NCBI GenBank assembly: GCA_030390025.1 | Contig: CM059432.1 | Location: forward strand, 115,632,001 to 115,696,000 | DNA length: 64,000 nt | Direction: 5' to 3' | Origin: Squalus acanthias | Lineage: Eukaryota | In this document: positions 38,441 through 52,143 of the stretch, one piece after another | How the letters are laid out: the number at the start of each line of letters is the position of its first letter | Position numbering within the stretch: the first letter of the stretch is position 1 | Notes under the pieces: generated by a model | Told to the model about the DNA's origin: nothing | Database searches by the model: none | Seen by the model: the letters and a program-made list of their open reading frames with translations, nothing else | Translations under genes and position numbers: made by a program

Positions 38441-39055
38441 GGAAATTAAACTGTGAAAATACAATAAGGGAGCACAGGTTCAAAGGGAAATTAGGGACTC
38501 ATATAACAGCAAGATCTTCACACAAAGATAAAGTAGTGGAAACAAAACTCTGTAATCATTTGGGAAAAGAATTGGATGCTGTAATGATAGGAATAAAGGG
38601 TCTTTTTGATGGTTGAGCTGAGATGGAATCAATGGCCTCCCTCATCCGTAGTTTTCTTGTGAATATCAAAGAAAGAAGCAAACTGGTCACCCTATAAAGC
38701 TACTGCTAAGATTAGTTTATTCAGCAACATCTTGAACAAGATTTCTCCTGCAACAAAATTGTCTGTACGTTTCAGTCTCGCCGACTTGCTTTGTGATTTG
38801 GAGATACTAGCCTTGAACAGTTGAATAAAGGAGGTGTATGCTTAGATCGAAAATCCCCGGTAGAATTTAACAAAAATCAGTAACAAGATAAAATATGAAG
38901 CAAAGGATGATTTAGCCTAAGTCTGTCAACAATGGTGCAACGGTTCATATAGTTTGGACATATTATGCAGAATAATGATTTCAATTATGATTTAAAAATC
39001 ATATATATAGATGAAAAAAAGAACAGGAGAGAACCTTTGAAGGTTGGAAGAAACC

Positions 39056-39957
39056 GGGGGTTAAATTGGATAACACCCGAAAACAGGTACAGGGATTGCG
39101 ATGCGCGATTAACCTGCACCCGTTGATTGCAATGCAGGCAGGACGTCAAACTTGTACTGCTTGTTCATTTGCATGATCGCTGCGTGCTGTGAGCGCTCCC
39201 TGCTCTGTTCATTGGCTACACGCATCAGCAGGGGGCCCGATATCGTGAGTGCCTAGCGCCACTTAAAGGCAGCCTGCACCTTTTAATGGGGAGGTGCATT
39301 GTGGCTGCTGGAGGTGGTGAGAGTATTTTCAAACGTCTGCTGTGGAAGATTCAACAACAGCTGACCATGGTAGAGAGCGTGCACCTAGATTTTCGGACAC
39401 TGCACTGAAGGTCTTGGTGGAAGAGGTAGAATGGAGGAGAGATGTCCTGTATCCTTAGGGGGGCAGGAGGCCCTCCAGACACATGCTCAGGAGGCAGTGG
39501 GAAGAGATAGTGGTGGAGGTCAATGCCAGGAGTATAGCTGCAAGAACACGGACGCAGAGCAGGAAGAAGTTTAATGATCTCATCTAAGTTGTCATGGTCA
39601 GTGAGTTTATCTTCAAATGCCATATCCTACCAACTGCACCACTAGCCTCTCCACTGCTTGATTAAAGGCTAGGATAGAGGAGGGACAGGCACGTGGTGAT
39701 ACTGTGCACAAGTGCGCAGGAGCCAGGGTGGGGGGAAAGGATAGCGCAGATGCCAGCGCACCGGAGCGCGAGGTCACACACTAGTTCTGCTGCAGAGGAC
39801 TCAAATGAGGACTTCGATGGGCCAGGCTACAGATGAAGGGTGATGGGTGTACACACCCAAATGCTTGGTGCACTGGGAACCCTGCCGGAAAGCCTGCGTT
39901 GAATGTCCAGGTGCATGGAGCAGTCCAGCACCAACTTGGCACAGGGCTTGGCCACTG
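39056..39957 (+). mobile_element. Internally deleted Harbinger derivative with a Myb/SANT exon remnant
   Basis: About 39366-39600 reads RERAPRFSDTALKVLVEEV..QWEEIVVEVNARS..RKKFNDL; 39760-39955 resembles 61600-61790 (-). Confidence 0.7.
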
Positions 39958-41160
39958 ACACTGGATTGTTAGAGAATAAACACATTGGGCCAGAAATTGC
40001 TGCAAAAGCGCATCTCGTGGCAAACAACATTTATTGGACTTTTTGCCTCATCATTCACATCCACTATATCTGTGTCGCAAATTGCTGGAACGTCGAAACA
40101 ATCAAAGGCGCCTTTGGGACCTCATGAATCTTGTGCCCGATGGTCTATCTCCTTAAACAACGAAAGAAAGAATAGAAAAAGAAACAAAGCGAACGACGGA
40201 GAAGGAAATGGGGCAAATTAGAATTAAATTAGATACAGAAAGTGAAATAAAGAGAAGGAAAAAAGAGAGAGAGGAAAGGGAGGCAGAAAGGAAAAGTAAG
40301 AAAAAATGTAAAAAGAAAAAGCCAAAGGAGAGGACATTGTAACCCAGTTCCATTTGAGGATTATTGCATTGGTGCTTGAGAAGTGAATGGCAGGGTAGGT
40401 GTGCGAAACGTACCCATTCTTGACCCACGAAGCATAGAACCAGTGGCCCCACCCATCATCATCAGGTACAGTGGAACTGCTTTCATAGGAACATAGGAAT
40501 TGCTAGATGAAAAAGGCTACGGTCCATCTAGTTTGCCATCTCCCGTCCTGGTAATCGCATAATGTCAGAATGATAATGGAGTTGTTGCCTAATCACAGCA
40601 ATCAATCTCTATCGATTAGTCTTGAACAGACCCCGACATGACGTGAAGAAAACCCCAGTGATGGAGAGCTTCGGGAACCATAGGTCCAAAGTCACCTTTT
40701 TCCTCCCAACCAACTTACAACATCATGTCTCAAATTACTCATTTACGGTATCCCAAAATGTTATTTTCTGAAAGAAATCTAATTTTATTTCTGAGTGTTG
40801 AAAGAGCGTTGCATCCTGAACATTGTTGCCTTCCGACACTAACAGGAGTGTGGATGGCAAGACTGGCACAAAAGTAATGCCAAGACAAATAAAAAGTTTA
40901 AAAACCGCCAGGAACAACTCACGACCTGCTGGAGTGAGACTCCACAGCTTTATTGTTCCCTTTCTGGACCCCCAAGGTTGAGTGTCACGTCAGGACCAAA
41001 AATCACATCATTAACAGGATCCTTAAGACATGAAATCCCGCCCCTAAATGGCTGCGGCAAGATTGATTCACATTAGTGGTGTAAATCCAGCAATGAACTT
41101 CAATGGCGAGCCTCACAGCGAGAGGGTAATCTTTTTCGGTTTTGGGGAATTTGTGGAGAA

Positions 41161-41471
41161 TCAGAACTCACAGAATCCCCACAGTGCAGATAGAGGCCAT
41201 TTCGGCCCATCGAGCCTGCACCGACACATATCCCACCCTTTCCCCGTAACCCCATGTATTTAATCCCCCTAACACTAAGGGTCAATTTATCATAGCCAAA
41301 TCAACCTAACCCGCACATCTTTGGACTGTGGGAGGAAACCGGAGCACCCGGAGGAAACCCACGCAGACATGGGGAGAATGTGCAAACTCCACACAGACAG
41401 TCACCCGAGGCCGGATTCGAACCCGGGTCCCTGGCGCTGTGAGGCAACAGTGCTAACCACTATGCCACCGT
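41161..41471 (-). mobile_element. HE1/V-SINE
   Basis: tRNA-like head (ggtggcatagtggttagcac..ggttcgaatcc), V-domain gggtttcctccgggtgctccggtttcctccc, CR1-like tail. Confidence 0.85.
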
Positions 41472-41526
41472 GACTCCTGGCATATCTCTTCTTCACTGCA
41501 AATTGCTGGATTTTTTTATGAACTAA

Positions 41527-41946
41527 TAGAAACATAGAATCTAGGAGCAGGAGTAGGCCATTCGGCCCGTCGAGCCTGCTCCGCCATTCAATACGATCAT
41601 GGCTGATCATCCAAATCCAGTACCCTGTCCCTGCTTTAATCCCCACAGTACACATATCCCACCCTACCCCCGTAACCCCACGTATTTAATTCCCCCTAAC
41701 ATATCCCATCCTATCCCCATAACCCCACATATTTAATCCCCCCTAACACTAAGGGTCAATTTATCATAGCCAAATCAACCTAACCCACACATTTTTGGAC
41801 TGTGGGAGGAAACCGGAGCACCCGGAGGAAACCCACGCAGACACGGGGAGAATGTGCAAACTCCACACAGACAGTCACCCGAGGTCAGATTCGAACCCGG
41901 GTCTCTGGCGCTGTGAGGCACCAGTGCTAACCACTATGCCACCGTG
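41527..41946 (-). mobile_element. Second HE1/V-SINE (about 41640-41946) abutting a short CR1 3' tail (41527-41637)
   Basis: Near-identical to 41161-41471, with an internal duplication in the tail. Confidence 0.8.
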
Positions 41947-42027
41947 TTGCCCATAATAATGGCAAGCGCCGTTAATGCGTCATTTTTCCAGCAATTTCCA
42001 TCCATGGAAATAGTATTCCAGTGTTCA

Positions 42028-42345
<318 letters not shown>

Positions 42346-42409
42346 TTACAATAGGTGTAACATGGAATCACAACCATGTTACTCCTGTTGTGATTCACCA
42401 CAAGTAACA

Positions 42410-43400
42410 TAGTTGGTATCAATAGAGGATAAAGGTTTTATTGGAGACAAAGGGGACAAGAGGGAGAGTTTTATCCAGGGTGGATGCAGAAGGAAGGGTA
42501 CAGTGGGATGTGGGTGGTGAGGGATACAAAGAAGTAGTTGGAGATGGCTTGTCTGTGATCCAGACCTGGGAGTAGAGAGGCCACATGAGATGGCAAAGTT
42601 GAGGTGGTGGTCATGAAAATGAGTAGAAGAGTTTATATGGAGGGAGAGCTTTAAGGAGGTCAGTAAATTCAGAGGGGAAAGAGCAAGATGAGCTGAAATG
42701 GAGATTTAAATCGCAGAGGATGAGTAAATCACTCAGTGCAGAGTCTGAGGGAGGAAAGGAGGAAATTTAGGGGGGTAGTAGATTATAAGGATTGTAAAGG
42801 AGAAACAAGGGGGGTGGAACAAGATGAGGTGCTTGAAGGAGGAGAAGATGTCAGAGAAGTAGGGGGGAGAGACCAAAGGGAGATTTGGTGATAAGGGCTA
42901 CATTGCCACAGTGGTTTGGGAGGGGCAGGTGGTGGAATGTATAGCCAGGCAGGGAGGCTTCAGTAAGGGGAAAGCTGCTACCACCCATGAGCCAAGATTC
43001 AGTCAGAGTCATGATGTCAATGCGATTGTCCACAATAAGGTTGCGTATGATGAGGACCTTATTCGTGAGTGAATGGATATTCTGGAGGGAAATGCAGAGC
43101 AGGGTGGTGATTAATGAAATGATAACAGAGTCCAAAGGGGCAGTAGTGGGTGGGGTGAGTGGGACAGGAAGGAGATTGGCGAGTTTAGCCCCTAGTGGGG
43201 TGGGCTGGATGGGAAGGTCAGTGAGCGAGGAGGATGTGAAGTTGGGGTGGCTTATAGGGAGTTAGCAGTGTGTATCTCTATGGGCCCTTTAGAGAATGCC
43301 CATCTCTGAATGTAGCTTGACTGAATGACAGGAAGGGAAGGAAAAGAGCCTGAGAGGGGCCAAGAGAAGAAATAAGGGACATAGAAGTAATGGGCTCCGG
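42410..43400 (-). mobile_element. Decayed L2-type LINE 5' region (APE)
   Basis: ISLQNIHSLTNK..IDIMTLTESWL. Confidence 0.65.
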
Positions 43401-44074
43401 TCCAAAATGCACATGTGAATGAACAGAGGAATTCAGGTTAAATAAGCAAGGCAAAGATTAGAGGAGACATGTCCTGGGCATAAACAGAGAAAAGGGAGGA
43501 GAGTGTCTAAAGTTAAAGTGGAAACAGGGCCAAGGAGGAGTGGAGAGTCCACCATGAGCCAACAGTGGTTGACCCAATGGTCCAGCAGAGGTGAGTAGTG
43601 GCCTCGTAGAGAGTTAGGATTTTTGTTTATTAGGTAAACCCTTGAGCACAGTAAGATTGTGAAAGTTGTTTCCAAGATCAGACCTGAGTGAGTAAATGCT
43701 CACAATGTACCTCTGAAATGGGTAATCTTCACTGCACTGACTGCTCCTGGGTTACAATATTCCGTGATCATCATCTTAGTAAGATCAACAAAGAGCCTGT
43801 CATCAGTAAAAGCGTGTGATACCATAGGCTAGTGAGCTAGACCCAACAATCTTCAGAGCTTAGGAGAAATGGTGAAGGTTTTTTCCAGTACTGAAATCTA
43901 ATTGTTATTGTTTTTAACATTCGTGCTTGAGTTACTGATCCTGTGGACCAGATGAAATCATAAAAATGTGCCAACACCAAGGCAGGAACAATGTATTTTA
44001 AATTTCCTATGGGGCAAAATTTCCTCTGGTTGCTATGTGTTTATTGAGCTTTACCAATGTTCCAAATAAATACT

Positions 44075-44837
44075 GGCCCAGAAATTAAACATCGATGGTT
44101 CCCGCGGGGGTAAGGATTCCCCGCGATATCGCACTCCGCGCCTACCTTTTTGTTTGGGGCCCACACAAACTTTAGTTTCAGAGCCTCTCCCTGTTGCAAC
44201 CGTGCAGTGCTTGCGTATCCCAGAGGCGCAATTAGTTCGTGCGAGCTCTGGGATCACGTGATTCAGTTAGAGCCAATGGCAGCACACCATCTTTCATTCA
44301 TAGTTTTGACAGCAAGGGCTGTCAAAGCTATGAATACTACAAACCCCCAAAAGAACAGCTAAACCTCAATTAAATTTTAAAAAAAGCCATCACATTAATA
44401 AAATAAGTATAGTTAAATAAATTAACCACTTTAAACAAAAAATTAAATTTTTGAAAAAATGTAAAATCTTTTTAAAAGTTATAAAAATAAACTTACCTTT
44501 CTTTAAAGTCTCTAAAAAAGATAAACCTGTTGAAAAAAAATTAAAATAACACTTAATTAACTACTTACCTTGCTAAAAGGGGGTCCTACGCCTGCTTTCT
44601 TTATGTGTAAAATCTTCACCACTTACCTGCGCGTTCAAACCTGAAAAAAATCTAAGTGCACTGCGTGCGCACAACCTGTAGCGCGCACGCGGTTCACTTA
44701 GGAACCGCCCCCTTTGCAATTCACGAAGTGCCGGTTTCCCGCGCATGCGCAGTGCATGCAGGAAACCGGCACTTCGGGACCTAATACGCGAGAGTACACA
44801 GTGCGTACTCTCGCGTATTAGGTTTAATTTTCGGGCC
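44075..44837 (-). mobile_element. Structured MITE, same family as 28850-29593, opposite orientation
   Basis: TIRs ggcccagaaattaaac / gtttaattttcgggcc; flanks ACT/AAT; shared internal blocks. Confidence 0.8.
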
Positions 44838-45189
44838 AATGTCCTAATGTTTCCTCAAAATGAGTTACACCACACTTGCACCTCCAGAGAAATGTTGGGT
44901 CTGCCTCTAGAGGGAGACACCAACAGGTTTCCTGGGTCTGCTTATTTGCATTCAACGTTGGCGCAGGCATTGATCTAATGCAAGTGTAAGTAGCTGAACT
45001 ACCTAAAAATTTCTATGCAGCCTTTGAAAAGACAGTTAGGCTTGCACTCTTCAGCAGCAGATTAAGGAACACACAGGTAAGAGAGCAACAATATTTGGCT
45101 CTTCCACTTCACTTTCTAATAACTTCACTGCACATGGCTTATTAATATTTTTATTACTCTTGTACAGAATTATGACTGTCTGTACCCAG

Positions 45190-45830
45190 TAGGCAATGGG
45201 GCATGGCAACAAGCCAGAGAAGAAGGGCGTACAACCTCACTCATTCAGACTCCAAGCCCTCTGTAGGGCATTGAAGACAAGACAAAGAGACTCCTGAGTA
45301 TGGGTGACACCAAGTCACCCAGAATTATCACTCATGCCGTCTGGGGGAAGGTGGCACTGACTGCCAACTCCGTCACCCCCAGGACTACAGAACAGCGCTG
45401 CAAAACTTACCCCATCCTCAGTAGGGCAGGCCAGGGAACACATTGCGCATCTCTCCCTTTTCTTCCTTGCTGACACTGGGTACCAGCACACACTTCACCC
45501 TCATAAAGCAACACTTTCTCAACTAATCCATCACAGTGCTCTCTCCAACTCGGCATTTTACACTGTGGCTACCCAGCTCATCCTACAGCAATTATTTACA
45601 GGCACAACCCTAAAATCCCTTCCTCCCCTTTAACAGCCTCGTACCCCAATGTCACCTACTTCACCTCTCCCATGCCACTTGGCATACACTCAACTACTAG
45701 CCTTAACCTCATTCACTCTATCTTCTTGCAGGAAGAATTGGCACACAATGACTGCCCAAGGCAGGCCACTGGAGGGGCATCTTCATCTTTAAAGCCCTCA
45801 CCCCAGATTACTGACTGAGCACCTACACTG
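45190..45830 (+). mobile_element. Highly decayed Harbinger Myb/SANT gene remnant
   Basis: AVWGKVA..PRTTEQRCK, then an acceptor followed by EELAHN..RQATGG, resembling the 62172-62334 exon. Confidence 0.45.
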
Positions 45831-45935
45831 TCTCAACATTCCACTCCGTTCTCTATCTCCTTATTCCCAAGGGGCATAATGGTCACCCATTCTTAGCTTC
45901 TATCCTCCTTCCCTGCAGGTCCACCAAAGCAATAA

Positions 45936-46210
45936 AAGAAAGAAAGGCTTACATTTATATAGTGCCTTTCACGACCACCGGATGTCTCAAAGCGCTTTAC
46001 AGCCAATGAAGTACTTTTAAAGTGTAGTCACTGTTATAATGTGGGAAACGCGGCAGCCAATTTGCGCACAACAAGGTCCCACAAACAGCAATGTGATAAT
46101 GACCAGATAATCGGTTTTTGTTATGTTGGTTGAGGGATAAATATTGGCCAGGACACTGGGGATAACTCCTCTGCTCTTCTTTGAAATAGTGCCATGGGAT
46201 CTTTTATGTC
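45936..46210 (-). mobile_element. Deu-SINE 3' fragment
   Basis: Near-identical to 25812-26089. Confidence 0.75.
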
Positions 46211-49200
46211 AATTTTGCAAATTTTGCTAAGCTCAGAGGGGATTTAGAAACAGCTACTTGAAGGTAAATCAGTGTCAGAGCAGTGGGAGGCATTCAAGGA
46301 GGAGATCCGGAGGGTTCAGACCAAACATGTGCCCTTAAAGAAAAAAGGTGGGACTAACAAATCTAGAGCCCCCTGGATGTCTAGAGACATACAGGGTAGG
46401 ATAAAAAAGGGAGGCGTATGACAGATGCCGAGGGCTAAATACTTCAGAATCACTGAAGTACAGAAAGTGCAGGGGTGCAATTAAAAATGATATTAGGAAA
46501 GCAAAGAGAGAGCATGAAAAATTCTTGGCAAGTAAAATCAAGGAAAACCCAAAGATGTTTTATAAATATATTAAGAGTAAGACGATAACTAAAGAAAAGG
46601 TAGGGCCTATTAGAGATCATGAGGGTAATCTGTGTGTGGAGGCGGGAGACGTCGGTAGGGTTCTTAATGAATACTTTGCCTCGGTTTTCACAAAGGAAGC
46701 GGACATTGCTATCGGGGGGGGGGGGGGAGGAGTGTGAAATATTAGATGAAATAAACATAGTGAGAGAGGAAGTATTAAGGGGTTTAGCAGCTTTAAAAGT
46801 GGATAAATCCCCAGGCCCGGATGAAATGTATCCCAGGCTGTTAAGCGAAGCAAAAGAGGAAATAGCAGAGGCCCTGACCATCATTTTTCAATCCTTCAGG
46901 TGTGGTGCTGGAGGATTAGAGGACTGCTAATATGGTACCCTTGTTTAAAAAGGGAGAAAAGGATAGACCGAGTAATTACAGGCCAGTCAGCCTAACCTCG
47001 GTGGTGGGAAAATTATTGGAAAAAATTCTGAGCGACAGGATAAATCTTCATTTAGAAAGACACGGATTAATCAAGGATAGTCAGCACGGATTTGTTAAGG
47101 GAAGGTCGTGTCTGACAAACTTGATTGAATTTTGAGGAGGTAACAAGGAGGGTAGATGAGGGTAGTGTGTTTGATGTAGTGCATATGGACTTTAGCAAGG
47201 CTTTTGATAAGGTTCCACGTGGCAGACTGGTCACGAAGTTAAAAGCCCATGGGATCCAGGGCAAAGTGTCAAGTTGGATTCAAAACTGGCTCGGAGACAG
47301 GAAGCAGAGGGTAATGGTGGATGGGTGTTTTTGTGACTGGAAGGCTGTTTCCAGTGGGGTTCCGCAGGGCTCAGTACTAGGTCTCTTGCTTTTTGTGGTA
47401 TATATCAACGATCTTGACTTGAATATAGGGGGTATGATTAAGAAGTTTGCAGATGATACTAAAATCGGCTGTGTGGTTGATACTGAAGAAGGAAGCTGTA
47501 GACTGCAGGAAGATATCAATACATTGGTCAGGTGGGCAGAACAGTGGCAAATGGAATTCAATCCGGAGAAGTGTGAGGTAATGCATTTGGGGAGGGCTAA
47601 CAAGGAAAGGGAATACACATTAAATGGTAGGTCATTGAGTAGTGTAGAGGAACAAAGGGACTTTGGAGTGCATGTCCACAGATCCCTGAAGGTAGCAGGC
47701 CAAGTAGATAAGGTGGTTAAGAAGGCATACGGAATGCTTGCCTTTATTAGCCATGGCATAGAATACAAGAGCAGGGGGGTTATGCTTCAACTGTATAAAA
47801 CACTAGTTAGGCCTCAGCTAGAGTACTGTGTGCAGCCCTTGCTCTTGTCCAACAGGTTCGAGGCTCTTACTCCCTGTGAGGACGGGAGCAGGGACTGCAG
47901 AGAGGATGAGCAACCTGGCCACAGCACTGTGGTACGGGGAGCCATTCAAGTGGGGGGAGTAAAAAGAAATGTTGTAGTGGTAGGGGATAGTATCATTAAG
48001 GGGATAGATAGGGTTCTTTGCAGCCGAGAGCGAGAGTCCCGAAGGCTATGTTGCCTGCCCGGTGCCAGGGTTAAGGACATCTCCTCTGGGCTGGAGAGAA
48101 ACTTGGAGTGGGAGGGGGAAGATCCAGTTGTCGTGGTCCATGTTGGTACCAATGACATAGATAGGACAAGGAATGAGGTTCTGCTGAGGGAGTATGAGCA
48201 GCTAGGGGCCAAATTAAAAAACAGAACCTCTAGGGTAGTAATCTCTGGATTACTACCTGAGCCACGAGCAAATTTGGCTAGGGTAAATAAAATCAGAAGG
48301 TTAAATGCGTGGCTCAAAGACTGGTGTGGGAGAAATGGGTTTTGCTACCTGGGACACTGGCACCAGTACTGGGACAGGAGAGAGCTGTTCCGTTGGGACG
48401 GACTTCACTTGGCCAGTGCTGGGACTAGAGTCCTGGCAAATCGAATAACTAGGGCTGTAGAGAGGGCTTTAAACTAATTAGTGGGGGGGAGGTTTCAAGA
48501 GAGCAAAAAATAAAAATGTCAGCGGAGAAGGCAATAGAGCAAAGTAGCAGTGGGGTAATTAAAAACCAGAGCGTGTCAGGAAGGGACAGAATATATAAAG
48601 ATAAAGGTAAAGTAGTAAAGGGGGTAAAAGCAGGAATAAATTGTCACAAAACATATTTAAAAGTTCTTTATCTGAATGCACGCAGCATTCGTAACAAAAT
48701 AGACGAATTGACGGTACAAATAACTACGTATGGGTATGATCTTGTGGCCATTACAGAAACATGGCTGCAGGGTGACAACGACTGGGAATTAAATATGCCA
48801 GGGTATTTAACAATCAGGAAGGACAGACAGGAAGGAAGAGGAGGTGGGGTAGCTATGTTAATAAAGGAAGGAATCACTGTATTACAGAAAAATGATATTG
48901 GGTCAAAGGATCAGGATAATGAAACAGTTTGGGTGGAGATAAGGAATAATAAAAGGAAAAAAACACTAGTGGGAGTAGTATATAGGCCTCCTAATAGTTG
49001 CAACTCTGCTGGAAGAAGTATTAATCAGGAAATAGTTGGGGCATGTAATAAGGGAACAGCTATAATTATGGGGGATTTTAACTATCATATTAACTGGACA
49101 AATCAAATTGGGCAGGGCAGCCTTGAGGAAGAGTTTATTGAGTGTATTAGGGATGGATTTCTTGAGCAGTATGTAACTGATCCTACAAGGGGGCAAGCAA

Positions 49201-51900
49201 CCTTGGACCTGGTCCTGTGTAATGAGTCAGGATTAATTAATAATGTCCTAGTTAAGGATCCCCTTGGAATGAGTGACCATAACATGGTTGAATTCCATAT
49301 CCAATTAGAGGGTGAGAAGGTTGGTTCTCAGACAAGCGTACTGAGCTTGAATAAAGGAGACTATGATGGTATGAGAGCGGAATTGATTAAAGTGGACTGG
49401 GAAAATAGATTAAAGGGTAAGACGGTACATGAGCAGTGGTGTTCATTTAAGGAGTTATTTTACAACTTTCAAAAAATATATATTCCACTGAGGAAAAAAG
49501 GGTGTAAAAGAAATGACAGCCATCCGTGGCTAAGTAAAGAAATTAAGGATAGTATCCAACTAAAAACAAAGACATATAATGTAGCCAAACTTAGTGGGAG
49601 GATAGAAGATTGGGAAGTCTTCAAAAGACAGCAAAAAGTAACTAAAGGATTGATTAAGAAAGGGAAGATAGATTATGAAAATAAATTAGCAAAAAATATA
49701 AAAACAGATAGCAAGAGTTTCTATAGTTATATAAAAAGAAAAAGGGTGGCTAAGGCAAACGTAGGTCCCTTAAAGGATGAGACCGGGAAATTAATGGTGG
49801 GAAACATGGAGATGGCAAAAATGCTGAACAAATATTTTGTTTCAGTCTTTACGGTAGAGGACACTAAGAATATCCCAACACTGGACAAACAGGGGGCTCT
49901 AGGGGGGGGAGGAGCTAAATACGATTAAAATCACTAAGGAATTGGTACTCAGTAAAATAATGGGACTCAAGGCGGATAAATCCCCTGGACCTGATGGCTT
50001 ACATCCTAGGGTCTTGAGGGAAGTGGCAATAGGGATTGTGGATGCTTTGGTAATAATTTTCCAAAATTCCCTGGAATCAGCAAAGGTCCCGGCAGATTGG
50101 AAAACTGATAATATAACACCCTTATTTAAAAAGGGTAGTAGGCAGAAAGCTGGAAATTATAGACCAGTTAGTCTAACATCTGTGGTGGGTAAAATTTTGG
50201 AGTCTATTATTAAGGAGACAGTAACGGAACATTTAGATAAACATAATTTGATAGGACAAAGTCAGCATGGCTTTATGAAGGGGAAATCATGTCTGACAAA
50301 TTTGCTTGAGTTCTTTGAGGACATAACGTACAGGGTGGATAAAGGGGAACCAATGGACGTAGTGTATTTAGACTTCCAGAAGGCATTCGACAAGGTGCCA
50401 CATAAAAGATTATTGCTCAAGATAAAAAAATCACTGGATTGGGGGGAATATTCTGGCGTGGGTGGAGGATTGGTTATCTAACAGGAAGCAGAGAGTTGGG
50501 ATAAATGGTTCATTCTCGGACTGGCAACCAGTAGCCAGTGGTGTTCCGCAGGGGTCGGTGCTGGGTCCCCAACTCTTTACAATCTATATTAACGATTTGG
50601 AGGAGGGGACCGAGTGTAACATATCAAAGTTTGCAGATGATACAAAGATGGGAGGGAAAGTAGAAAGTGAGGAGGACATAAAAAACCTACAAGGGGATAT
50701 AGACAAGCTGGGTGAGTGGGCAGAGATTTGGCAGATGCAATACAATATTGGAAAATGTGAGGTTATGCACTTTGGCAGGAAAAATCAGAGAGCAAGTTAT
50801 TATCTTAATGGCGAGAAACTGGAAAGTACTGCAGTACAAAGGGATCTGGGGGTCTTGGTGCAAGAAAATCAAAAAGTTAGTATGCAGGTGCAGCAGGTGA
50901 TCAAGAAGGCCAACGGAATGTTGGCTTTTATTGCTAGGGGGATAGATTATAAAAACAGGGAGGTATTGCTGCAGTTATATAAGGTATTGGTGAGACCGCA
51001 TCTGGAATACTGCATACAGTTTTGGTGTCCATACTTAAGAAAAGACATACTTGCTCTCGAGGCAGTACAAAGAAGGTTCACTCGGTTAATCCCCGGGATG
51101 AGGGGATGGACATACGAGGAGAGGTTGAGTAGATTGGGACTCTACTCATTGGAGTTCAGAAGAATGAGAGGCGATCTTATTGAAACATATAAGATTGTGA
51201 AGGGGCTTGATCGGGTGAATGCGGTAAGGTGAAACTAGAACTAGGGGGCATAATCTTAGAATAAGGGGCTGCTCTTTCAAAACTGAGATGTGGAGAAACT
51301 TCTTCACTCAGAGGGTAGTAGGTCTGTGGAATTTGCTGCCCCAGGAAGCTGTGGAAGCTACATCATTAAATAAATTTAAAACAGAAATAGACAGTTTCCT
51401 AGAAGTAAAGGGAATTAGGGGTTATGGGGAGCGGGCAGGAAATTGGACATGAGGCTGAGTTCGGATCGGTCGAGGCCCTGTGGGTGGCGTAGCGGGCCCA
51501 GGGGCTGAGTGGCCGGGTCCTGCTCCTACTTCTTGTGTTCTTTAGATTTGAGGTGAGGATCAGATCAGCCATGATCTTATTGAATGGTGGAGCAGGCTCG
51601 AAGGGCCGATTGGCCTACTCCTGCTCCTATTTCTTATGTTCTTATGTTCTGGTCACCACATTACAGGAAAGATGTGATTGCACTAGAGAGGGTACAAAGG
51701 AGATTTACAAGGATGTTGCTGGGAGTAGAGATTCTTAGCTATGAGGAAAGACTGGATAGGCTGGGTCTGTTTTCCTTGGAACAGAGGAGGCTGAGGGGAG
51801 ACCTTATTGAGGTGTATAAAATTATGAGGGGCATAGATAAAGTGGGGGAATGTTTAGAGGAGATTTGAGGGGAAATTTCTCACTGCCTGAAAGGGTGGTG
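46211..51900 (+). mobile_element. CR1 ORF2, interrupted at 47835/51647 by a second CR1
   Basis: RT motifs up to LEYCVQ, resuming FWSPHYRKD at 51647. Confidence 0.88.
47836..51646 (+). mobile_element. Nested CR1 (ORF1 esterase, APE, RT, 3' tail)
   Basis: GDSII..GTND..DGLHL; ORFs 48516-49928, 49942-50481, 50462-51232; (TTCTTATG)n tail. Confidence 0.92.
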
Positions 51901-52143
51901 AGGAAATTCATCCCCAACGATTTTTAACAATTTTCTTATCTTCATTTTTTGGGATTCAATTTCCTGATTTCTCCCATTATTCAGTGCGAAAAATGGAACC
52001 CGAACGAAACCCAGGTGTTTTAATTGGCAATTAAAAATTACTTTAATAATCCTTATAGAGTAGATTTTGTCTATTGATGTAACTTAGAAAGGGAGACTAA
52101 TATAATTTAACGGTTGGTTTCAGGTAATTGTATTTTTATTGAG

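Larger units (their letters stand above)
39987..42003. mobile_element. Probable old MITE carrying nested SINE/LINE insertions
   Basis: Ends gggccagaaattgctg / cagcaatttccatcc; TSD not clean. Confidence 0.4.

Noticed and set aside
41400..41946. tRNA genes
   Set aside because: The tRNA-like A/B boxes are SINE heads continuing into V-domain bodies; the same applies near 37980.
44797..44803. CACAGTG as a V(D)J RSS heptamer
   Set aside because: It sits in a MITE hairpin loop, is not conserved in the sister copy, and has no nonamer or Ig/TCR segment nearby.
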